This document shows positions 34,528-43,031 of a stretch of DNA of 43,031 bases, in pieces. The first letter of the stretch is position 1. Every line of letters begins with the position of its first letter. Made by a program: the position numbers and the translations under genes. The notes beneath the pieces were generated by a model. That model did no database searches, was not told the origin of the DNA, and saw only the letters and a program-made list of their open reading frames with translations. Source of the DNA: Octopus bimaculoides (lineage: Eukaryota); assembly GCF_001194135.2 (NCBI RefSeq), contig NC_069004.1:14638230-14681260 (forward strand), given 5' to 3'.

Positions 34528-34787
34528 TATCATCATCATCATTTAACGTCCATTTTCCTTGCTGGTATGGGTTGGATGGTTTGACAGGAGCTGGACTGAC
34601 TCCTGTGCAGGTGGCATGTAAAAAACAACATTTGAGCGTGGCTGTTGCCAGTACCGCTGGACTAGCCCTCGTGCCGGGGGCACGTAAAAAGCACCCACTA
34701 CACCCTTGGAGTGGTTGGTGTTAGGAAGGGCATCCAGCTGTAGAAACATTGCCAGATCAGATTGGAGCCTGGTGTAGCCATCTGGTT
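34528..34787. mobile_element. SINE-D with inverted 5' part
   Basis: Minus-strand tail at 34528-34594 joined to a plus-strand body at 34591-34787. Confidence 0.7.
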
Positions 34788-34899
34788 GATAGCTGGATTA
34801 GACACACAACACTAGTTGTTCCACACAAATCCACAAGTTGGTAATGTGCAGACACTGAATAATAGCATGCAAGATGGTTTCCTTTCCATGTGCACATCT

Positions 34900-36125
34900 C
34901 AGAAAGGTTTGGGTGTCGTATGAAAGGTTACCACTTCAGTTCGCCTCATCATCATTATCATCATTATTGCAGTGGCCATGATGTTTCAGCAGGTTTATCA
35001 GCCCGAGTGTATGTTGTGCTTTGTCTGTGATTGTATCCCATGACTACCAGAATGGTTGTTGTGAGCAGATGGACTTCCAGCCAGCAAACTTGTCCCTTTC
35101 ATAAGAAGTAGAAAAGCATGCACTCTAGCCTGATCAGTTATTTCTTAAGACAAAGTACAACAGTTAGGTGATAGTACAGCATTGAGGTGATGTAGGTATT
35201 AGCCACTTATGCCTGATCTTTCAGAAACAGCTTCCTCCTTGTCCATTTCTGGAATGAAACTGACTACCCTGCTTGTAATCTCTTCCTAGTTGCTGAAGGT
35301 CCAATCTGAACCACACACCAAGCACCTTAACCAGGTTCTTGATTCAACGAGAAATCACCTCTGAACTGTATAGATTTATCTGTCCAAGTATTGAATTGCA
35401 AATCCATTGACTCATGCCAGCTGATGTGCTTTCTCTTATACTCCTGGTACTCTTACAGTATGGTGTCAACTGTTTGTATAACTGATGTTTTGGATATCAT
35501 GAAAGTGTTGTCATCTGCATATGCAGACATGGCTCTCCTGAAACCTAGTTTGAATGAAATACCCTTGGAAATCTCCATTTTCTGCTTCTGTGGATCCGGA
35601 GCCAAGACACACAGAAAAGATGAAAGAAAAGGTATCCTTGAATCAATCAAGCAATCTCTGCTAAATATTTCTAAGAGTAGGACTGAAACCAGTTACCCAT
35701 TAGTTGTATCCAAATCGACCAGCACTCCACCAAAGCCAGATTTATTTCCAACTTGTTCTGTGTTGTATTGCATGAGGTGGGGGCCATTGTCATGGATAGA
35801 TCTGTCAAAGAACAACAGGTTTCTGCATCGCAACCCACATCAACAACAACAAGTATCAGCCTCTTAGCAAGCACTTTTGCTAAAGTCTTTAACTCTATGT
35901 TGAACAGAGGTATGATCCTGAAGTTTTCCATCATGCCCCTCCTTGCTTGGGCACTTCCTTAGCTCTATCACCACTCCCCAGATAATGACTCAGAATACTT
36001 TCAGTCTGCTGCCAGCTGCAGTAAATGATAGGAGCGAACAAGTCTGGTATATGTCAGTAAAGCTCATGGGACAGATGATCCAATCCTGGTGATTTGAGCC
36101 TCATACAGTGACTCAGCATGTCTGC
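34900..36125 (-). pseudogene. Tx1/L1-clade LINE reverse transcriptase remnant
   Basis: Minus-strand decayed motifs in order: KSPGLD, ENFRII..FNIELKTLAKVLAKRL, RIPFLSSFLCVLAPDP (GCPLSP region), MSAYADD, VKVLGVWF, WTRRKL, VANTYITS. Confidence 0.85.
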
Positions 36126-36663
36126 CAATTCCATCTACTGAAATTGGCAGACATCGTGAAACAGTTACAAGAATGAAATACAAACACACAAAAGTAGGAT
36201 TACATAGAGTGAAAAGCAGTCAACAAAAACTAATATAGCTATATCAAGTTTGCCTGTTCCTCTTCCTGCCTGGGAGTTGGGACAAGGCATCAAGTAAGGG
36301 GGGAAGACCTTGTCACCAGTTCATTGCTTGTCAAATATAATTTGGCCAGAGAACTGTGAAGTAATAATCAGGTGTGAATGTGTGGTTGAGAAGCTTGTTT
36401 CCCAACCATGTGGCTATGGGTTCAGTGCCACAATGCAGCTCTTTGGGCAAATGTCTTCTTCAAGCCAACCAAAACCTTGTGAGCTTATTTAGCAGAGGGA
36501 AACTGAAAAAAGTCTTTATGTTTGTACTTGTCTTCCTAATCTACTTAAAATGCCAATCTAACAAGGAGATATCTTATGAAGTAGCAAATTATTATCATTA
36601 TGATTATCATAGTAATGATTTCTTTTATTGGCCACAAGGGCTTAACACACTGGGAACAGTTAC

Positions 36664-36770
36664 CTATTCCACACTATCAAAGACTCTTTCAGGCGCAGAT
36701 TGGCCTCACTAGCTATCTGCGGACTCACAAAACAAGCCCACCCCAGGATGACTAGATGGTCTTCGTCACC
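36664..36770 (+). mobile_element. RTE/BovB-like LINE 3' end, followed by an (ACT/ACC)n tract to about 36885
   Basis: Translates PHYQRLFQAQIGLTSYLRTHKTSPPQDD*, resembling the CxxC..IGLxSHxRTH zinc-finger-like terminus of RTE-BovB ORFs. Confidence 0.65.
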
Positions 36771-36889
36771 ACCACAACTACTGTTACTACTTCTGCTACT
36801 ACTATTACAACTACCACCACCACTACAACTACTTCTACCACCACAACCATCACTACTACTACTACCACCACCACCACCACCACCAGTAA

Positions 36890-37270
36890 TTTTTTTACTT
36901 ATTTCAGTCATTTGACTGTGGCCATGCTGGTGCACCACCTTTGAGGGTTTTAGTTTAAACAAATTGACCTCAGTAGTTATTTTATTTTTAAGCCTGGCAT
37001 GCATTCTGTTGATTTCTTCTGTTGAGCTGCTAAGTTATGCAGATGTAAAAAAAACCAACATTGGCTGTCAAGTGGTGCGGGGTGGGGGAGCAAACACACA
37101 CATATGTGTATGATGGGCTTCTTTCAGTTTCCATCTACCAAATCCACTCAGAAGTTTTTTTTAGTTGGCCCTGGATTATATTAGGAGATATTTGCCCAAG
37201 TTCTGCATGATGGTACTGAACCAAAGGCCTCATGGTTGGCAAACAAGCTTCTTACCACACAGCCATGCCT
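36890..37270 (-). mobile_element. SINE-A (a degraded plus copy at 36370-36520)
   Basis: TTTCAGTCATTTGACTGTGGCCATGCTGG tail through CTTCTTACCACACAGCCATGCC head. Confidence 0.78.
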
Positions 37271-37503
37271 GTACCTGGTCATATTTTTNNNNNNNNNNNN
37301 NNNNNNNNNNNNNNNNNNNNNNNNNNNNNNNNNNNNNNNNNNNNNNNNNNNNNNNNNNNNNNNNNNNNNNNNNNNNNNNNNNNNNNNNNNNNNNNNNNNN
37401 NNNNNNNNNNNNNNNNNNNNNNNNNTTGATTAATTCACAAATTTATCCTTTTATACTGTATATATTTTGTTTACTTTTCAATAAATTAAAATCCTTAGTT
37501 TCC

Positions 37504-37548
<45 letters not shown>

Positions 37549-37819
37549 TAAATGAATAAATATAGTGAAAAACTCCAAATCCTCACAGTAATAAATGAGA
37601 AACGAAAAGATACTAATTTATGCAAATATATTCTATGAATATGTTTTCAATTATTCGTTTAATTATTTATTAAACATGAAAAAGCTCTTCGCTCTCCATC
37701 TTTCCCTCTGGTCTTCTTTATTATGGCATCTACTGTATGTAGTTAAACAGAGTAATTATCTTGCCGAAAACAATTGCTTGAAGCATTTGATGTTCCTCTG
37801 TTTAGCAGATTCCTGAAGG

Positions 37820-37852
<33 letters not shown>

Positions 37853-37910
37853 CTACCACCTCCACCATCATCATCATCACTACCACCTCCATCATCATCA
37901 TCATCATAAC
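37820..37910. repeat. (ATC)n with a duplicated CACTACCACCTCCA insert
   Basis: Directly visible. Confidence 0.85.
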
Positions 37911-38244
37911 AGTGTTTTGTACAGTTTCTACTACTCCCACCTTGTACATCTCCATACTTCTGAGGTGTGTACATCATTGTGATTTAGGAATTAGTTATTT
38001 TCCATCAGTTATCTTTTGCTTGCTTCAGTCATTGGACTGCAGCCATACAGGGTATCAGAAATATAGAATAGTAGTACCCAGTACTTGTTTTTACTTTGTT
38101 TTTTTAATTTTTTTTTTTTATTTAAGCCTGGTACTTATTGCATTGCTTTCTTTTGTAAACAAACCAACACTGGTTCTGAAGTGGTGGTGGTGGTGGTGGT
38201 GGGGGAACAAACACAAAGACACACACATACATTTATATATCATT

Positions 38245-38508
38245 TAATCGTTGCCAGTGCCCCTGGACTGGCTTGTGCAGGTGGCACATAAAAGACACCA
38301 TTTCGAGCGTGGCCGTTTTCGTGCGGGTGACACGTAAAAGCACCCACTACACTCTCTGAGTGGTTGGCGTTAGGAAGGGCATCCAGCTGTAGAAACTCTG
38401 CCAAATTAGATTGGAGCCTGGTGTTGCCATCCGGTTTCACCAGTCCTCAGTCAAATCGTCCAACCCATGCTAGCATGGAAAGCGGACGTTAAACGATGAT
38501 GATGATGA
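38245..38508 (+). mobile_element. SINE-D, well preserved
   Basis: CpGs retained; ends CCAACCCATGCTAGCATGGAAAGCGGACGTTAAACGATGATGATGATG. Confidence 0.88.
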
Positions 38509-38864
38509 AGTACTAAGAGTTTCATGCCACTAATAGTAACATACACAATACTAATAGTTTCATGCTACACAAGCTTCTAATAGTTTCATACTGTGGAAAC
38601 AATAATTCAACAGGTTTATGTATCATTCCTTGCACCTCCAAGCAATCCTTCAGGCTTGAATACACATCATGCCTGGTCTTATTTGAAAAAAAAAAACAAG
38701 AAGAATGCTAGTCTTTGAGAAAACATGAGCAGAGATGAGAGGAAGGTGAATGCAAAAAGTGAAATCAGAAAATAAAATAAAATTGTAAAAAAAAGTAAGA
38801 AAATAAAACCAAGAGCCTGTCTGTCAAAGGCCTGTCAAACCATCTTGTCTGTCAAAATCAGCAG

Positions 38865-39932
38865 GCAGGAGGCCAATGTCTGTGAGAAGGTGTACTCAAC
38901 TTGCAGAGGATGGTGTCCTCAATTTTGACAAAAGAAATTTATCCATGTGCTTACATTTTTCTGAAAATCTCAAATCTGGAATTAAATAGTGTGGTGGAAT
39001 TCTTGGATCTAAAAAGAATGAGATGTTTCGATTATACATGGCTTGCTTCTCTTTAATCAATTTACATATGATGTGGATTTCTTCACGTTTCATTTGACTG
39101 TGTATGGTGTACAGTTGGTCTTCAGATCCCATATATAGGATCTCATTCTGCTTTTTCTCATTCTACTTTTTTGCATCCAGAGTATAATAGCTCCCCTCAG
39201 TCCCTCAACATATCCAGCAGTATTATTTCTAATGCTGTGGAACAATGTGACATGGCATGACATGATCTGCATTACTCACCACTCTTAAAACCCTCACAGT
39301 TGTACATGACTCTGGGGGCATCAGAAGGATCTGCAGTTAGCTATCTGTCATTTCTTCTGTTAGACATTTGGTCTTGGTCTTTTCTCATCAGAGAAGCGCC
39401 AAAGCATGCTTTGTTCAGGAAGTTTTTTAACCTTGTTAAGTAACCACTCAACTCAGATCAAACAGTTATCCTTGTAGACATGAATTGGCCACTCCTCAGT
39501 AAAAACAATTTGTATTAAACATTCTCATGCACCACAGTTCTGATAGTCCACTCCAATATCTGAAGTTCTTTGGCAATGACCATCATTGATGTTCTGAGAT
39601 AATCATTAATCATGTTTTGAAGTCATTTAATAAATTGTGTGACCTTACAGTGTCCAAAGATTTAGAATGTTTCCATGCAGTTGAAACATCTCACCAAAGG
39701 CTGTCAGTTCTATCCAAACTTTGTGTACAAAAGATCTTGTAATATTTGTGAAGTTGGTAATTTCTAAATCACTTCGTTCTGCACATTTGGCAACAATGAC
39801 TGCACGTCTTTTTATTTCTTGTGTTAACATTTTATCTGCCATGGGGAATCTAAAAGAAGTAAAAAAAAAAAAATAAAAAAAAGAGATTAATAAACTAATA
39901 ATTAAGTATCCTCAAATACTCTTTGTAACCTG
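38865..39932 (-). mobile_element. Tc1/mariner (maT/DD37D-like) transposase remnant with 5' end
   Basis: ORF 39842-39645 MADKMLTQEIKRRAVIVA...RSFVHKV (HTH region), then frameshifted RSGQFMS, LLNKVK, MLWRFSDEK, NRRNDR, VVSNADHVMP, and a WPP remnant near 38880; TA-CAGG terminus at 39932-39934. Confidence 0.82.
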
Positions 39933-39934
39933 TA

Positions 39935-40800
39935 TATTAAATTATATTTGGTTGATTTTTTTTGTTTTTCTTCTTGATCTGCTTGTCAGTGTGGAGTGGC
40001 ATGTCCCAGATGATTATGGCCAGGACGTTGTCATGTACTGTGTTGGGTACATGTTTGTACCACCTCTTATCTGCTTTCACATTGAAGTGTTGGCATATTG
40101 CCCAATGGACGTAACTGCCAACTTGATCGTGTTTGTGAATATACTCAGAGTTGGCAAAGACAGGACAGCTGAAACTGATGTGGTTGGTTGTCTCATTATA
40201 CTGATTGCATAGCCTACACATGATGTTTTCATCTTTTTACATTATTTTAGTCTTGTTATTATTTGTTGCAAGATATTGGTCTTTTGCAGCTTCTATCAGA
40301 CCTGTTTCTGTTTTTAGCCAAGAGCTTTTGACCCATTGTTGGCTTTCAATCTGGTTTCTTCTCTGTTGAGTCTTGTTGGTTATTAGCCAAGGAGTGGGTT
40401 TTCCCTCCATTTTTTTCTGTAGTACATTCCCAAATTCTCTTTGATTTTGTCTTTTGTTTTTGTTTTTTTTAAAAATTTTTTAACAATTCCTGTTGTCTTT
40501 GTTCTTCTCCAAACCTTTTTCTTCGATGTTGTTTGTTTTCATTTTGTTCTTTATAACCTCCTTAGAAAACATTTTCCATTTTCTTCATGTCTCCTTATTA
40601 CACTCATCTGTTTCTCTTTCCTTGTTTCTGAGTATTTTTATAGTCTCGCTGTTGTTACATTGTAATATTTTTCTATTATCATCACTATCTCTCCCCATTT
40701 GCAAGATAATATTCTATATTAACCCTGAAATGGGACCTTTGGAACATTGTGAATAGTTCCCTAGATTGCTGCCTATGCTCTTAAATTCCAACTTACTATT
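39935..40800 (-). pseudogene. R4/Dong-like (RLE-type) non-LTR retrotransposon C-terminal remnant
   Basis: RELFTMF, MIIEKYY, SWLKTETGLIEAAKDQ, then CRLCNQYNETTNHISFSCP (CCHC knuckle), EYIHKHDQV..HW, WYKHVP, IIWDMPLHTDKQI...QPNII (start of the PD..D endonuclease). Confidence 0.85.
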
Positions 40801-40809
40801 GTTGAAGCT

Positions 40810-41220
40810 TTACTCTTTTACTCTCTTTTTACTTGTTTCAGTCATTTGACTGCGGCCATGCTGGAGCACCGCCTTTTAGTCGAGCAAATCGATCCCAGGA
40901 CTTATTCTTTGGAAGCCTAGTACTTATTCTATCGGTCTCTTTTTGCCGAACTGCAAAGTTACGGGGATGTAAACACACCAGCATCGGTTGTCAGGCAATG
41001 GTGGGGGGACAAACACAGACACGCAAACATATACACACATGCATACATACCTATATATACATATATACGATGAGCTTCTTTCAGTTTCCGCCTACCAAAT
41101 CCACTCACAAGGCTTTGGTCGGCCCGAAGCTATAGTAGAAGACACTTGCCCAAGGTGCCACGCAGTGGGAATGAACCTGGAACCATGTGGTTAGTAAGCA
41201 AGGTACTTACCACACATAGC
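40810..41220 (-). mobile_element. SINE-A, full length, well preserved
   Basis: Complete reverse-complement homologue of 30319-30720 with CpGs retained. Confidence 0.9.
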
Positions 41221-41285
41221 TTATAACTAGAATTTTTATGCCTATTATTTTATTATTAGCATTGAGTTTAGCTTTTAATGTTACA

Positions 41286-41622
41286 CTAACTCTTATATTG
41301 AAGGCACATAGCTTAGTGGTTAGGCTATTCAGCTCATGATCTTAAAGTTGTGAGTTCAATTCCAGGAGGCATGTTGTGTCCTTGAGCAAGACACTTTATT
41401 TCACATTGCTCCAATCCACCCAGCTGGCAAAACTGAATAGTACTTGCCATTCAAAGGACCAGCCTTGTTACATTCTGTACCATGCTGAATCTTCCTGGAA
41501 ACTATGTTAAGAGTCCACATGTCTGTAGAGTTCTCAACTATTTGCACATTAATTTCATGAGCAGGTTGTTCCATTGGTCAGATCAACTGGAACCCTTGTC
41601 ATCATAATTGATGGAGTGCCAG
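41286..41622 (+). mobile_element. SINE-C
   Basis: tRNA head GGCACATAGCTTAGTGG...GAGTTCAATTCC; 3' half homologous to 2240-2408. Confidence 0.8.
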
Positions 41623-42304
41623 TTAACTATTATATCATTGATTTTTTTTTTCTAATTGTTTCTCTCATTTCTATGCTGGAGTGCCATCTATTCACAAGTA
41701 TTTGTATGGGTGATCCTGATCTAATTTTTTCATTTCAATGTCTGTATCTAATTTAAGTCTCAGTTTTAGTTAATTTACCTTTTCTTATAAAACCTCGGGT
41801 ACTTTTATCTAATCTCACTTTCATTTTGTATACCTTTATATCAGGCGCATGATGTAAGTAATTACTCAGGGTACACAGTTGGTGACCTTTATTTAGTAAA
41901 ACACACAAAAAATAAGTGAAACACAGATGTGCAACTGAGTTGAAGGCAGATTTATTTCTGCCTTTATAGCACGTAAAGAAAATGGTGTTGTAGGAGTGTA
42001 TGCAGCACATATACTACAGCAATATTATGCATAACTTAAATACTGTGATTGAAAAGCAGGGGCGAATTATGCCTGCCTATTCTTCAAAAAAATTAAACAT
42101 TTTGCATTTTATGCATCGTAATCAAAATAACCTTCATAATTTTATTTAATTAGGTACATATTTTGCCATAAAAGGAAAACGTTGCTATTGATCTATTTTA
42201 TTCAAGGTAGGCAGTGCCAACCTTGATTACGTAGGTGGCATGTCCCTGCTTTATATATCTAAATTTATGAACAGTTTTTGGGCATTGTTCCTTGAAAGTC
42301 ACTT

Positions 42305-42502
42305 TGACCTTTTAGCATTCAGATTACTCTGTCAAATGTAACACTTATTTATTCACATTGTTTTGAATTAACCATGCTCTGTTCCTATGATGTGATTGTT
42401 TATTTTTAGAATGACATTGTAAGGTAGGTGGGAAAAGCTATATCTGGTTAGACTGAACATAAAACAGGTAGAATATTTGGGCTGGATAGGGCTGGTTTTA
42501 AC
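42305..42502 (+). mobile_element. TTAA/CCC-type MITE
   Basis: TTGACCTTTTAGCATTCAGATTACTCTGTCAAATGTAA...TAAAACAGGTAGAATATTTG, homologous to 23047-23509. Confidence 0.7.
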
Positions 42503-42958
42503 AAGGCCATTATTTGTTATCATAGGGACTTACCTAGCGGTCACAAACAGTGTTGTTTATTACAATTAACAACTCCGAATATTACTATCAGGTATAACTC
42601 CTTCGACTAACACCACCGGTCAATTAGTCATTTTCCCCACCTATTGCTCCATTCACCTAATTGAAGAAACATACACACACGGGGAACCCAAAAAGGTCAC
42701 AAAAATGTAAGCCTAAGGACTTAACGAACTTTTCCATTTTTCTTTTCATTTCCCTTTTTCTCCTAACTATATTCCTCCAATAAACTCTAAATCATTCCGA
42801 TGATGTTTGTTAAATGGAACGAGATAAATGCAAATTTACTTCAAAATAACAATCTGAAACAGCTGTAAATGTTCTTGAACTACAATTAAACTCTGACCTT
42901 TTAATACCAATGATCAACTTCTAATTGTTAATTGTTGCTCCATTTCTTTTCTTATCTG

Positions 42959-42961
<3 letters not shown>

Positions 42962-43031
<70 letters not shown>
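42962..43031. repeat. (TA)n/(TATG)n microsatellite
   Basis: Directly visible. Confidence 0.95.

Noticed and set aside
35391-35962. Plus-strand ORFs of 158 and 69 aa
   Set aside because: Antisense shadows of the decayed LINE RT on the minus strand.
38955-39008. 54-nt frame-preserving minus-strand exon candidate (DPRIPPHYLIPDLRFSEK)
   Set aside because: Lies inside a transposon remnant, has a moderate donor and no recognisable homology.
41779-41886. 108-nt frame-preserving minus-strand exon candidate (GHQLCTLSNYLHHAPDIKVYK...)
   Set aside because: Weak purine-rich acceptor, GTAAAT donor and an unrecognised peptide; indistinguishable from chance.

Overview
This is a repeat-saturated, AT-rich eukaryotic intronic or intergenic window from a draft assembly. 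It has ten N-gaps: 6030-6569, 9490-9658, 13221-13230, 16337-16477, 18382-18566, 19954-20571, 25889-26341, 27452-27996, 30966-31121 and 37289-37425. The abundant tRNA-derived SINEs and dense (CA)/(TA) tracts resemble a coleoid cephalopod, most likely Octopus; this is inference from repeat recognition, not a database hit. I cannot support any intact host protein-coding gene, and almost all ORFs in the track come from microsatellites or N-runs. Recognisable coding remnants are all transposon-derived: three Tc1/mariner relics, a Tx1/L1-like RT, an R4/Dong-like RLE element and an RTE/BovB-like 3' end. There are also hAT and TTAA-type MITEs, a DINE-1/HINE-like element, two long foldbacks and a 176-bp triple repeat. 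SINE labels A-D are my own working names. The most interesting pattern is one SINE-B subfamily found three times at the same nucleotide of another SINE-B tRNA head, with a 3' tail resembling a LINE-like 3' end that may belong to the local Tx1-like element. This suggests sequence-targeted self-nesting. A few splice-signal-only exon and microexon candidates are reported at low confidence.
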